A stretch of 64,000 bases of DNA, taken from NCBI GenBank assembly GCA_018396535.1, contig JAGTQC010000001.1, positions 32,001 to 96,000 on the forward strand, read 5' to 3'. Each line of letters begins with the position of its first letter. Position 1 is the stretch's first letter. Source of the stretch: Candidatus Bathyarchaeota archaeon. GTDB taxonomy: Archaea > Thermoproteota > CALKCG01 > B24 > DRYS01. The notes beneath the pieces are model-generated. The model was given only the letters and a program-made list of their open reading frames with translations, was not told the DNA's origin and did not search any database. Both the position numbers and the translations under genes were made by a program. Below are positions 40,313-51,036 of the stretch, in pieces.

Positions 40313-41545
40313 ATGACTGCTGAACGTGACGTAGAGAGAGAGGTTGAGGTGGAGTATACTAGGCTACGTATCCCGTTCGGGCCGATCCATCCAGCTCTTA
40401 AAGAACCTGTTTTACTAAGGGTTTCTGTTAGAGGAGAGGAGGTTGTCGATGTTGATATGGCTTTAGGCCATGTCCATAGAGGTATAGAGCTTCTCGCTGA
40501 GGGGCGAAACCTAATTCAAACACTTTATTTAATCGAGCGTATATGCGGGATCTGCTCCCATAGTCATACAACATGCTTTATCCAGGCATTGGAGGAGATC
40601 GGCGGTATAACACCATCTAAGCGGGCTCTGTATCTTAGGACCTTGATCTTCGAGATGGAAAGAATCCATAGTCATCTCCTACTGCTCGGTGTTATAGCTT
40701 ACGAAATCGGGTTTGATACGCTTTTCATGTTCACATGGCATGTTAGGGAGAAGATTCTCGATCTATTCGAGAAGATTACGGGTAACCGTATTCACCATGC
40801 TATGAATACTATAGGTGGGGTTAGATGGGATTTAACACCTAGGATGGTGGAGGAGATAGATGCTTATATGAGGGAGGTGGAGAAGTCTGTCAAATACATT
40901 CACAACGTCTTTATGGATGGGACTGTTGAGAAAAGAGTCTGTGGTTTAGGAGTTTTAAGCTACGATGATGCTGTGAAGCTATGTGTAGTCGGACCTACGG
41001 CTAGAGGATCCGGGGTGGATATCGATGTACGGAGGGATCACCCATACGCTGCTTACGATGAGCTGAAGAGAGATTTCTCAGTAGTCGTGGAGAGAGGTTG
41101 CGATGTTTACGCTAGGACTGAAGTTCGTATTCTAGAGATTTTCGAATCGATAAATATAATCAGGGCTATCCTAGATAGACTTCCAGATGGACCTATACGT
41201 CCAAAGGAAAACGTCTTTAGGCTTATGAGGGGGATCCCTGAGGGTGAAGCTATATCCCTAGTCGAAGCTCCTAGAGGGGAGCTCCTGTACTTCGTTAAAA
41301 CTGATGGGAGTGGTGGTTTGAAAAGATTAAAGGTGCGTACACCTACATTCTCTAATCTAATAGGTTTAAAGCCTATGCTTATTGGATGCGAGATCGCAGA
41401 TGTACCTGTTATAGTGGCTTCTATAGATCCATGCCTTTCATGTACGAATCGATTAATAGTCATCGACCAGGAGAGGGGTGAATCTAATGTTATCGATGTG
41501 GATAGCCTAAGGCATAGGGTGAGAAGAAGGTGGATGCGGCAGTAG
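40313..41545 (+). CDS. Group 4 [NiFe] hydrogenase large subunit (NuoD/EchE-like)
   Basis: L1 RICGICSHSH and L2 DPCLSCTNR, with all four metal-ligating Cys. Confidence 0.92.
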   Translation: MTAERDVEREVEVEYTRLRIPFGPIHPALKEPVLLRVSVRGEEVVDVDMALGHVHRGIELLAEGRNLIQTLYLIERICGICSHSHTTCFIQALEEIGGITPSKRALYLRTLIFEMERIHSHLLLLGVIAYEIGFDTLFMFTWHVREKILDLFEKITGNRIHHAMNTIGGVRWDLTPRMVEEIDAYMREVEKSVKYIHNVFMDGTVEKRVCGLGVLSYDDAVKLCVVGPTARGSGVDIDVRRDHPYAAYDELKRDFSVVVERGCDVYARTEVRILEIFESINIIRAILDRLPDGPIRPKENVFRLMRGIPEGEAISLVEAPRGELLYFVKTDGSGGLKRLKVRTPTFSNLIGLKPMLIGCEIADVPVIVASIDPCLSCTNRLIVIDQERGESNVIDVDSLRHRVRRRWMRQ

Positions 41546-42480
41546 CGTTCATCACATCCTTCCCATTAGTTCTGGTAGTAAGCCTACTATTTGAGGGTAT
41601 AGATAGGAAGATCCATGCTAGAATGCAAAAGAGGATCGGCCCACCGATTATCCAACCCTTCTACGATTTAATTAAACTATTCAATAAGGAGAGGATTATT
41701 CCTGTAACCGCTTCGACAAGGGTATTCGAGATAATGCCCATGATCGCTGCAGCTGCTTCAATACTAGGAGCATCTATACTCTTATCCAATACTCTTTCTG
41801 GATTAGGTATGATCGGCGATCTTATACTAGTCATGTACCTGCTTGCAATGTCATCCATAGCCTTGATGGTTGGAGGCTTAGCTTCAGGTAACCCGTATGC
41901 TGCGATAGGCTTCTCTAGGAAGATGAGTATGATGATAGCTTACGAGATCCCTATGTTCATCGCTATAATATCGGTAGCGTTCGGTCCACCAGCAGTCTTA
42001 ACTATCGATAGGGTAATAAAGTTTCAAATCAGTACACGTCTACCGTTAGCCGTATCCAGCTTAAGCATGGCTTCCGCAGCTGCGACTCTTCTACTCTGTA
42101 TACCAGCTGCTGCATCAGTTGTTCCATTCGATATACCAGAGGCGAAAACAGAGATCATATACGGCTTTCTAATCGAATATGGAGGCCCCTACCTAGCGTT
42201 AGCTAAGATAGCTAAAGCAGTATCAAACTTTACTCTAACACTACTCGTATCGGTTGTCTTCCTATATATTCCCTCGCTATTGGGGGAGGAGGCTCTAATA
42301 AACCTAGGTATATCCTTATCTATATGTCTAGCAGTATCTCTACTCATAATGTTTGCTACGATAACCGTACCACGTACAATCTTCGCTAGATTGAAGATTG
42401 GGCAGGCTTTTAAATTCTACTGGATGCTTCCGTTAGCATTATCGATCTTATCCATCATCCTATCCGTGATCGGCTTATAG
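41530..42480 (+). CDS. Hydrogenase membrane subunit (NuoH/EchB-like)
   Basis: RKIHARMQKRIGPP and PFDIPEAKTE motifs. Confidence 0.9.
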   Translation: MDAAVAFITSFPLVLVVSLLFEGIDRKIHARMQKRIGPPIIQPFYDLIKLFNKERIIPVTASTRVFEIMPMIAAAASILGASILLSNTLSGLGMIGDLILVMYLLAMSSIALMVGGLASGNPYAAIGFSRKMSMMIAYEIPMFIAIISVAFGPPAVLTIDRVIKFQISTRLPLAVSSLSMASAAATLLLCIPAAASVVPFDIPEAKTEIIYGFLIEYGGPYLALAKIAKAVSNFTLTLLVSVVFLYIPSLLGEEALINLGISLSICLAVSLLIMFATITVPRTIFARLKIGQAFKFYWMLPLALSILSIILSVIGL

Positions 42481-42828
42481 GTGATCGGGTTGAAGTTTGG
42501 GAAGATGCTTCGTGATGCTCTAAGATCGCTTTTCCGTAAACCCGTTACGGTAGAGTATCTTACTAAACCTGGGAGGATGGTGCCTGTTTCAGAGCGGTTT
42601 AGGGGTAGGTTAACTTATGATAGGGATGCATGTATAGGATGCCTACTTTGTGTAAGAGTCTGTCCTAGCGGTGTAATAGCTTCGACCGAGGATATGAAGG
42701 TAGCCTTTAATATATCTAGATGCATTCTCTGCGGTCAATGTGCTGAGATATGCCCGAAGGAAGCTATTAAGCTGAGCACGCAGTTTGAGATTATAACAGG
42801 TAATAAAAACGGGCTTATCCTTAAGTAA
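42481..42828 (+). CDS. 2x[4Fe-4S] subunit (NuoI/EchF-like)
   Basis: CIGCLLCVRVCP and CILCGQCAEICP. Confidence 0.92.
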   Translation: MIGLKFGKMLRDALRSLFRKPVTVEYLTKPGRMVPVSERFRGRLTYDRDACIGCLLCVRVCPSGVIASTEDMKVAFNISRCILCGQCAEICPKEAIKLSTQFEIITGNKNGLILK

Positions 42829-42876
42829 GTTGGGTAAAGTTTATTAGTTTTCCACTTCCTAATACAGATTAGCTAA

Positions 42877-43386
42877 TTGAGGTTGGAGCATATCTTGCGG
42901 CAGCATGAGATTGTTACTCTATTATTGAGGGGGGTTGTATTTAGGCATACAGAGTATCGATCGCTTGAAGAGTATCTTATCGAAAAGTATAGGTTTAGAA
43001 AGGTTGGGGAGAAGGAGCAGGTTATCCTAGAAAATAGGCATATAATCCCAGCGGATTATAAGAGGATCCTTGATGAGGGAGCTAAGATCCCTGCTATGCT
43101 AGAGGAGTCTGAGAAAAAGTTTTCTGCATTAAAGATATATGAGGGGGAGTATTTGGATGCGAAGGTATACATCTATGTAATGGGGGAGGTTACTCATAGG
43201 GAGGATATGGTTGCAGAGGCTAGCGGTGAGGAGCAGAATCTCGTATACACGTCCATATACCAGTTGATAAAACTTGTTAGTAGCAGCGGGTATGCGCTAC
43301 AGCAGTTAATCGAGCGGCTTACGATCGATTTAGGACTTGATATCAAGTCTAAGGAGTGGGGTTTCCATAGAGGTATGGAAGCCTAG
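42877..43386 (+). CDS. Hypothetical protein
   Basis: 169-aa ORF following the hydrogenase operon; no recognised motif. Confidence 0.6.
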   Translation: MRLEHILRQHEIVTLLLRGVVFRHTEYRSLEEYLIEKYRFRKVGEKEQVILENRHIIPADYKRILDEGAKIPAMLEESEKKFSALKIYEGEYLDAKVYIYVMGEVTHREDMVAEASGEEQNLVYTSIYQLIKLVSSSGYALQQLIERLTIDLGLDIKSKEWGFHRGMEA

Positions 43387-44891
43387 CCGAATCTGGTATA
43401 GCCTATAAACCTTATGAGGAGGTCTGGGTGTACTCCTATAATTATAGTTGCCATAGCTAGGAGGATCGTGGGTAGCCACATTAATATCGGTACATCACCT
43501 TTAACATCGATGTTTACTCGACTCTTGCCTAGGAAGATTTTGTGGAATGAGCGGATTAGGATTACGCATGATATTACCGCTATACAGATTAGTAGAGCTA
43601 TGATTAGAGATGCTATGATCGAGTTTCCGTAATCGTAGAAGAATTTGTAGGATGCGTTTATAAGGAGTAGCTTCGCATAGAATCCGCTCATCGGTGGGAT
43701 GCCTATTATAGATAGGGCGCATACTATATAGCTTAACGCTGTTTTATTCATTTTTTCAAGAAGACCGCCGAGGAAATCCATATTCGAGCCTCCAGTATTA
43801 AAGTAGACTGAACCTAGACTCAGTATTAACCCGGTTTTTGCTAGTGTGCTATTTATCAGGTAGAATTGCCCGATTATAAAGATCTGTGAATCTGAAGGTG
43901 AGAGTAGGCTTAGGGCGAAGAGGGAGTGCCCATACTCATCTATGCTACAATAGGCGAACATTCTGAAAAAGTCTCTCTGAGAGTATGCCATAAGAGCTCC
44001 GAAGATTATAGATACCAATCCTGTTCCGAGCATTAAAGCTACTATAATACTAGACGGGTAGATTTCGTAGAGTGGAGCGACTAGCCTGTAGAGTGCTAGG
44101 ATTAGGGGGATCGGCTCTATAGCTGTGAAACCGTTAATTATTATCGTAGATGCTGGGAGGGTATCTGGTAGCCAGCCGTGGAATGGGGCGAGCCCGATAT
44201 CTGCACCTAGCCCTACTATGAAACAGGCTACTATAAACATTAGTAGAGGTGGGTTTTCAGCTAGTATCATCCTCTTCTCTATATTACCGAGTAGATGTAG
44301 GATATTCGATTCACCAGTTAAGACGTATATTGTTAAAACACCGATCAAGACAAATAACGCGCTTATAGCTGTTATGATTAGATACTTGAAGGCTGCTTCT
44401 GTCGAATCCTTGATTGGATTATGAGCGACGAGTATTATCGATACACCGATAACCATCTCTACGAATAGGAATATACCGAATAGGTCGTAGGATAGCAGTA
44501 ATCCAAACATGCAGCATAGGAATAGTAGAAGGAAGAAGTTGTATACTCCAGGCTTGAGTCGGCCACCCTTCTCAGCACTCATATTGTAGATCGAGACTAG
44601 GAGGAATAGTATAGCTGTACTCACTAGTGCAGCGATATTTGAAGAATCTGCTCTTAGACCAAGCCCTGTAGTCTCTAGAACTTCACCTATAACACAGTAC
44701 GGGATCATCGCTAATGGTGTAGCTAAGCTTAGAACAGCACTGATTAATAGCAGCATTTTAGCAGTCTTTCTCGAAAACTCCTCTAGGAATTTGAATAGGC
44801 ATGTGAAGAGGCATAGGATACCGGTGAAGAGGGGTACTATTAATGTTAGGAGTGGAAGTAGGGAGTACATTATTCTTTCAGCCACCTCCAT
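43383..44891 (-). CDS. Proton-translocating antiporter-like subunit (HyfF/MrpD-like)
   Basis: EAAFKYL and PFHGWLPD motifs; many TM helices. Confidence 0.88.
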   Translation of the reverse strand: MEVAERIMYSLLPLLTLIVPLFTGILCLFTCLFKFLEEFSRKTAKMLLLISAVLSLATPLAMIPYCVIGEVLETTGLGLRADSSNIAALVSTAILFLLVSIYNMSAEKGGRLKPGVYNFFLLLFLCCMFGLLLSYDLFGIFLFVEMVIGVSIILVAHNPIKDSTEAAFKYLIITAISALFVLIGVLTIYVLTGESNILHLLGNIEKRMILAENPPLLMFIVACFIVGLGADIGLAPFHGWLPDTLPASTIIINGFTAIEPIPLILALYRLVAPLYEIYPSSIIVALMLGTGLVSIIFGALMAYSQRDFFRMFAYCSIDEYGHSLFALSLLSPSDSQIFIIGQFYLINSTLAKTGLILSLGSVYFNTGGSNMDFLGGLLEKMNKTALSYIVCALSIIGIPPMSGFYAKLLLINASYKFFYDYGNSIIASLIIALLICIAVISCVILIRSFHKIFLGKSRVNIDVKGDVPILMWLPTILLAMATIIIGVHPDLLIRFIGYTRFG

Positions 44892-45517
44892 CTGTCGACT
44901 AGTATCGTACCGTGATCTCGATAAGCTTCGATAATCACATATGTCCCCATAGCCGTTACGAATATCATTAGTGTAAGGATGAATGGGACAAGCGTTATCG
45001 GTATTTCTGCTAGTAATGGGAAAAGGGAGTTTTCAGCCATGTTTAGCCCAGCGAGGATTTTAAATGCATCACGCCTAGTGATCATGAGGAGGGTTGAGAA
45101 GGAGAACATAAGTATACAGAAGGATAGGGTTATAATTCTCCCTTCTCGCAGCATCTGAGATTGAAGAATCCATAGGATATAGAGTATAGATATCGATATG
45201 ATTAGCGTAGCTAGCTTCCTAGCTTCGATTAAAGGTTTATCAGCTATATTCTCAGTCTTCGTAACCCCCCAGTAGAGGATTAAAGGTGCTACAACCGCTG
45301 CTGAAAACCACTCTGCAAAAGCAGCGAAGAAGTGTATTAGAGCTTCGATATTCAATCCTATTACTAGATCGATTAGACAACGGGCGAGCGTAGCTGAGCC
45401 TATAGCTATAGCTTGGATGGAGAGAAGCATTATCGTTCTGCGTGTAATATCAGTAAAGCATCCTAAAGCTGTGATGAACGCTGCGATAACTAGAGTTAGA
45501 AGGGATGGGGCTTCCAT
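44870..45517 (-). CDS. HyfE-like membrane subunit
   Basis: Hydrophobic, GLNMAEN motif, located between antiporter subunits. Confidence 0.65.
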   Translation of the reverse strand: MEAPSLLTLVIAAFITALGCFTDITRRTIMLLSIQAIAIGSATLARCLIDLVIGLNIEALIHFFAAFAEWFSAAVVAPLILYWGVTKTENIADKPLIEARKLATLIISISILYILWILQSQMLREGRIITLSFCILMFSFSTLLMITRRDAFKILAGLNMAENSLFPLLAEIPITLVPFILTLMIFVTAMGTYVIIEAYRDHGTILVDRWRWLKE

Positions 45518-45520
45518 GAT

Positions 45521-47506
45521 CTATCCCACCAAAACCGCTAACACCGTTATGATTAACGCTCCTAGAGTGAAGGATAGAATAGCGTAGAAATAGTTCTGCC
45601 GTATATCAAAGCATCGCATCCTCTCTGTTAATTTGAAGAATATCGTTGAGAGTGAATAGTATGCTCTATCGATATCTAGTATACTGCGTAGGCTACCGGT
45701 TCTTAAAACCTCAGCTAGAACATGGTAGAAATGGTGAGCTTGAGGATTATCTAGGATACCCGAATCTTCTCCGCAAATGAATGGTTTAACAGCTTCTTCG
45801 CTAATCGCCGCTCTATGAGCTAGTGCTGCTTTCCTAGAGTAGAGTATTATCGAAATGGATAGTGCGAGGAGGATCGCTATGGATATTGATGTGGTAGTCG
45901 GGTTCCAGAAGCCGAGTGTAGTCTCGATAACCCCCTGTTGCAGAGTCATATTGATCGAGAGATCTCCGAGCAGCTGTTTTACAGCTGGTATAACGAGTAG
46001 GTCTAGTAGAGCTGCTGGAGCGATACCGAATACCATTATAGCTGTAGAGAGGATTGTCATCGGGAGGATCATTAGAATAGTAGGGTTTCTAATAGTTAAC
46101 CTGAGAGGGGGTTTAGCAGTTCTACGTATGAAAACTGAGTAGAACATCCTTACCGCAGCTGCAGCATTAAGGATGCAGCCTAGAAAAGCTATGATTATGA
46201 AGAATGAAGCTTTAGCTTCGATTATAGCGTTGAAAACCAGGTATTTTCCTGCAAAATCGCTGAATAAGGGTATCGTCGACATCGATAGAACGCCTATCAG
46301 ACAGTATAGTGTTGTTATAGGCATTAGTTGATAGAGCCCCTCGATATCGTTTATATTATATCTTCCTGTTGCGTAAACTACCGCACCTGCACAGAGGAAG
46401 AGTAGACCAGATGTGAATGCATGCGATATCATTAGGAATAGGGCTGCGACAATGCCTAGGGGGGTAGCTAGGCCTACGGCTATAGCTATATAGCCTAGCC
46501 CGGATATGGTGGTGTAGGCAACTATTCTCTTTAAATCGCTTTCGATAAGAGCGTTTAAGACTCCGATAACCAGTGTGAGTGAACCGATAAGCGATGTGAT
46601 GAAGCCCCATAAATTTATGCTCCCGAATATCGGGTGGATCAGGGATGTGATGGTGGATGATGTATGGGTGTGGAGTATGTTTGAGAAGAAGCGAATGATG
46701 ATATATATGCCAGCTAGGCTTCCACCCTCATGGAAGACAAGTATGGTTGATGTAGGTGCGATAGTCGCATCCGGTAGCCATGTGTGGAGTGGGAATAACA
46801 CCATCTTAGGTAATGCTGTGATTATGAGGAGTAGGAGGATAATATGAGTTATCGGATCGTTCACAGCTATCCTTTGACCAACTACTTGAATTTCCAGCGT
46901 CCCGGTAACCGAGTGGATGATGATCGATGCTACTAATAGCGTTAAGCCGCCTATATGCGTCATTATCAAAGCCTTCATAGCAGCAGATATGGAGAGGTCG
47001 CTTTCACTCCAAAAGGATATAAGTATATATGAGCATAAGCTGATCAACTCCCAGAATATTAGGAGGGTTAGGAGATTATCTGAGAAAAGCATAGCAAGCA
47101 TAGCGCTATTGAATATGAGGATAAAGGGGTATGACCTATTAAACTCCCAGCCAACCTTATATGCTCTATTGTATGGTGAGAGATAGTGTATGTTGTAGGT
47201 GAGAGCTAGTGCTGTGAATAGTGAGGATATGAGAGCTGGGATGAGGGATAGGCAATCTATGTATAAACCTATGTTTATAACGCCGATCGGTAGGTGGATA
47301 GGGATGAGGCTTACTCTGATTATATCATAGCGAACGACAGGGATCAGTGTGGAGATGAGGAGGAGGGAGAGATAGGATGCTAGGATACAGACGGCTTTAG
47401 CTATGCTTACACCAGTCTTCAACAATCTAGCAATGATATACGATAGTAGAGCTACTGTAGATGGTATAAGCATAGCAAGTATAGCCGTGCTTGATGGAGA
47501 TAACAT
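45521..47506 (-). CDS. Proton-translocating subunit (NuoL/HyfB/EchA-like)
   Basis: FWELISLCSY, PLHTWLPDA, LKRIVAYT and KPFICGE motifs. Confidence 0.9.
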   Translation of the reverse strand: MLSPSSTAILAMLIPSTVALLSYIIARLLKTGVSIAKAVCILASYLSLLLISTLIPVVRYDIIRVSLIPIHLPIGVINIGLYIDCLSLIPALISSLFTALALTYNIHYLSPYNRAYKVGWEFNRSYPFILIFNSAMLAMLFSDNLLTLLIFWELISLCSYILISFWSESDLSISAAMKALIMTHIGGLTLLVASIIIHSVTGTLEIQVVGQRIAVNDPITHIILLLLIITALPKMVLFPLHTWLPDATIAPTSTILVFHEGGSLAGIYIIIRFFSNILHTHTSSTITSLIHPIFGSINLWGFITSLIGSLTLVIGVLNALIESDLKRIVAYTTISGLGYIAIAVGLATPLGIVAALFLMISHAFTSGLLFLCAGAVVYATGRYNINDIEGLYQLMPITTLYCLIGVLSMSTIPLFSDFAGKYLVFNAIIEAKASFFIIIAFLGCILNAAAAVRMFYSVFIRRTAKPPLRLTIRNPTILMILPMTILSTAIMVFGIAPAALLDLLVIPAVKQLLGDLSINMTLQQGVIETTLGFWNPTTTSISIAILLALSISIILYSRKAALAHRAAISEEAVKPFICGEDSGILDNPQAHHFYHVLAEVLRTGSLRSILDIDRAYYSLSTIFFKLTERMRCFDIRQNYFYAILSFTLGALIITVLAVLVG

Positions 47507-47596
47507 CGTCTCCCACTCTAGCTAAACCAGCAAATTAAGGAAATGTATCTAGGAATTTAAGCTTTTAAGCTATTCTTATACAGATTACGACCCCTT

Positions 47597-48031
47597 TCAT
47601 CTCCTTCTCCACATCGGATGAGTATCCTTAGACCAATCGTCAGGTAGGATAAGCGGCTTCAAGTCTGGATGCCCGTTAAACTCTACTCCGAATAGATCGT
47701 GAACTTCCTGCTCATGTAGCATGGCTCCTGGGATGATATCAGTTATCGTAGGTATGGTATGATCGTTTTGAGGTAGTGTGATACGTAGGGTTACCATGAT
47801 GTTATTCCTGCTTAAATGGTAGAGGATTTCTATACTATCCCCTACTTTAAGCGCTGTTATAGCTGATAGATGTGTAAACCCCTCGTCTACTAGGAGCTTC
47901 ACCGCTTCTCTAAGATCTTCCCGATCTATACGGATGAATATACGATCAGCTCTAGGAGTTGAAAGTTCTAGTATACGATTTCGAAGACGATCCATCAATA
48001 TCATCGCTAAACCTGCTTCTATACCAGACAT
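47597..48031 (-). CDS. NuoC/EchD-like subunit
   Basis: HLSAIT and EQEVHDLFGVEFNGHP motifs. Confidence 0.88.
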   Translation of the reverse strand: MSGIEAGLAMILMDRLRNRILELSTPRADRIFIRIDREDLREAVKLLVDEGFTHLSAITALKVGDSIEILYHLSRNNIMVTLRITLPQNDHTIPTITDIIPGAMLHEQEVHDLFGVEFNGHPDLKPLILPDDWSKDTHPMWRRR

Positions 48032-48687
48032 CCCTTAACCCTATACATAGTGATTTCTAACTGTAATAAAGTTGTTGCTCTCCAATATCTAGGTTTATGG
48101 TGGTTATACACTATTATTCTCGAATTAGGAGATAGTTTCTCTATTCTCAAGTAGCTTCTATCATCGATTATTCGTTGAATATCTATCCTCAATATCTATG
48201 GTCTTGATTAACGTGTGCTTCGATCCAATCCTTGATGGTAGGGTTAGCATCGTAATTTCTGAAGCTTGGATGAATCCATCGCTATACTTTAGCTATATTT
48301 TACATAAAACTAGGATTGTTAGATTTCACATATTTTGGTTTATTCTTGATTATTGTAACTTTGTTAATTATTTTGAAATTTAGAGTTTATCTAGATTATT
48401 CTAGTGCTGGATTATCTATCATACCTAGCCTGGGCTGTGGATCTACTATATTATCCATCTTATACATGGTTCATGATCTTAAGTGATCAGCCTTAATTGT
48501 TTGATCTAAATGTTTATCTCTATGACTGGGTTTCTATATTCTAGGGTTGATGATGAGTGTTGTATAGTATCTTCTGATATGGTGAGGATGTTGGGAGTCA
48601 TCTGAAACCTTGTTTGATAATCGTTATCTATGGTATACCGTAAAATATATAAATTATGTATTGGAGTATATTGGTAGAGGTGTTTCT

Positions 48688-50577
48688 ATGTCTAGGAGGC
48701 TTTACGGTTATGCTGGTAGGATTCTCAGATTAGATTTAACTCGTAGGGTTGCTGTTAAATCTGAAACTGGATACGATCTGGCTAGGGATTTCATAGGTGC
48801 TAGGGGTTTTGGAGCTAAGATATTGTGGGATGAGGTTAAGCCTGGTATCGATCCTCTATGCCCTGAGAATAAGATGGTTTTATCCTTCAGCCCGCTTACA
48901 GGTACTTCTGCTCAGAGTTTTCATAGGTTATTCGCTATGTTTAAATCCCCTCTGACTGATGGATATTTTAGATCTACTGGTGGAGGATTCTTCGCTGCTG
49001 AAGTTAAGTTTGCGGGTTATGATGCTATAATAATAGAGGGTAGGGCTGAGAAGCCTGTGTATGTATGGATATGTGATGATGATGTCGAGTTTAGGGATGC
49101 TGATCATGTATGGGGGGCTACCGTGGATGGCGCTGCTGAGATTCTTAGAGAGGAGACTGATAGGAATGCTAGGATGCTTGTTATAGGACCTGCTGGTGAG
49201 AGGCTTGTTAGGATTGCCTGCCTTGTAACTGAGGATTATAGGACTCCTGGTAGGGGTGGTGGTGGAGCTGTATGGGGTTCTAAGAATCTTAAAGCTATAG
49301 TCGTAAAGGGTAGTGGGAGGCCTGAGCTATTCGATCCAGATTTATTCAAGGAGCTTGTCGAGGAGCAGGTGGATGTTTATAGGAGGAGCCCGTTATTCGA
49401 TGCATTCCATAGGCTTGGTACGAACTCTGTTGTATACGAGTTCTATACTCTAGGTCATAATCCGACGTATAACTTTAAGAATGTGGAGTTGGAGAATGTT
49501 GAGGTTTGGAGGCCTGAGGTACTTGAGAGGTATATAGTTAAGCATTACGGCTGTTTCGCATGTATGATCGCTTGTGGTAAGAAGTGGAAGTTGACTATGG
49601 GTCCTTATGCAGGTTTGGTATGGGATTTCCCAGAGTATGAGACTCACTGGAGTTTCGGATCGACTTGTGGTGTTACGAATCTAGAAGCTATAGCTTATGC
49701 TAATATGCTATGCGATAGGTATGGGCTTGATACTATATCTGCTGGTGCTATAGTAGCGTTCGCTATGGAGCTTTATGAGAAGGGTATAATAACTGAGAGG
49801 GAGACTGATGGTTTGAGGCTTAGATGGGGTGATGGCGATGTTGTTGTTGAGCTTGTTAGGAAGATAGCTCTTAGGGAGGGTTTTGGTGATATACTTGCTG
49901 AGGGTGTTGCTAGAGCTGCTGAGATTATAGGTAGGGGTGCTGAGAGGTATGCTATGCATAGTAAGGGTCTAGAGCTCCCCGCCTATGATCCTAGAGCTGC
50001 TAAAGCTCATGGGTTAAGTTATGCTACATCTAATATAGGTGGGAGCCATATGATCGGGTGGAATAAGTATGAGATTCTAGGTAGACCGGAGAGGGTTGAT
50101 CCCCTATCTACAGAGGGGAAGGGTTTGCTAGCTAAGATTGTGCAGGATCAGGTTGCAGCTTATGAAGCAGCTGGCTGGTGTGCTTTCGCAGAGCTTGTCC
50201 AGACTGTTGGTTATGGTAGTGTTGATAGGACTATGGGGTGGATAGGCTCCATCCTCTATGCTGCTACTGGTGTAGAGGAGTTTAGGAATCCTGGTTATCT
50301 ATGGATTATAGGTGAGAGGGTGTATAATATCGAGAGGGCTTTTAACGTTAGGGATGGATTCTCTAGGAGGGATGATTGGCTGCCTGAGAGGTTTCTGAAG
50401 ACTCCGTTTCCGAGGCAGCCTGCTAGGGGTCAGGTATTCGAGTTGGATAGGCTTTTAGATGACTACTACTCGGCTAGGGGTTGGGATTCTAGGACTGGTA
50501 TACCTACTAGGGTGAGGCTTGAGGAGCTTGGCCTCGGATATGTTGCTGATGAGCTTGAGAAGATTGGGAGGTTATAG
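48688..50577 (+). CDS. aor: Aldehyde:ferredoxin oxidoreductase family tungstoenzyme
   Basis: GYAGRILRLDL, KSPLT, GSKNLKA, CFACMIAC, CDRYGLDTIS and YYSARGW motifs. Confidence 0.92.
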   Translation: MSRRLYGYAGRILRLDLTRRVAVKSETGYDLARDFIGARGFGAKILWDEVKPGIDPLCPENKMVLSFSPLTGTSAQSFHRLFAMFKSPLTDGYFRSTGGGFFAAEVKFAGYDAIIIEGRAEKPVYVWICDDDVEFRDADHVWGATVDGAAEILREETDRNARMLVIGPAGERLVRIACLVTEDYRTPGRGGGGAVWGSKNLKAIVVKGSGRPELFDPDLFKELVEEQVDVYRRSPLFDAFHRLGTNSVVYEFYTLGHNPTYNFKNVELENVEVWRPEVLERYIVKHYGCFACMIACGKKWKLTMGPYAGLVWDFPEYETHWSFGSTCGVTNLEAIAYANMLCDRYGLDTISAGAIVAFAMELYEKGIITERETDGLRLRWGDGDVVVELVRKIALREGFGDILAEGVARAAEIIGRGAERYAMHSKGLELPAYDPRAAKAHGLSYATSNIGGSHMIGWNKYEILGRPERVDPLSTEGKGLLAKIVQDQVAAYEAAGWCAFAELVQTVGYGSVDRTMGWIGSILYAATGVEEFRNPGYLWIIGERVYNIERAFNVRDGFSRRDDWLPERFLKTPFPRQPARGQVFELDRLLDDYYSARGWDSRTGIPTRVRLEELGLGYVADELEKIGRL

Positions 50578-50627
50578 GTTTAGCTATACGTTTATCATCC
50601 TATTTCTTTAACCCCTCGGTGGATGTT

Positions 50628-50921
50628 ATGAAGGTTTTCGTAGAGTTTATAGGTTATCTAGCTAGGAAGATCGGGAGGGGGTGGCTATGGGTTGAAGTCT
50701 GTGAGGGGGATGATCTTAGGGATCTGTTTTTGAAGAGGTTATCCTCATGGCTTGAGGTGGATATAGCTAGATCTCTACTAGATGCGTTTATTAGAGGGGA
50801 GGTTAGGATAGCTGTTAACGGTAGGATTGTCTGGGATCTCGATTTGAAGCTTAGCGATGGGGATAGAATACTTTTATTTCCTCTAGCTGCTGGTGGTTGT
50901 AGTCTATCTATAGGATCGTAG
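50628..50921 (+). CDS. MoaD/ThiS-family (SAMP-like) sulfur carrier
   Basis: IAVNGR...LSDGDRILLFPLAAGG followed by a 7-aa tail. Confidence 0.85.
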   Translation: MKVFVEFIGYLARKIGRGWLWVEVCEGDDLRDLFLKRLSSWLEVDIARSLLDAFIRGEVRIAVNGRIVWDLDLKLSDGDRILLFPLAAGGCSLSIGS

Positions 50922-51036
50922 CAGATTCTATTATTGCTGGATTAGTTATGCTTCTATAGAAGTGTATGATTTATCTTTTGGTTTAGATCTGCTTACAGTA
51001 ATGTTTAAATTTTAGTGAATTAGCATCTTAGAAGTT

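Noticed and set aside
48198-48383. 61-aa ORF in the AT-rich spacer
   Set aside because: No SD or motif; lies in a probable divergent promoter region.
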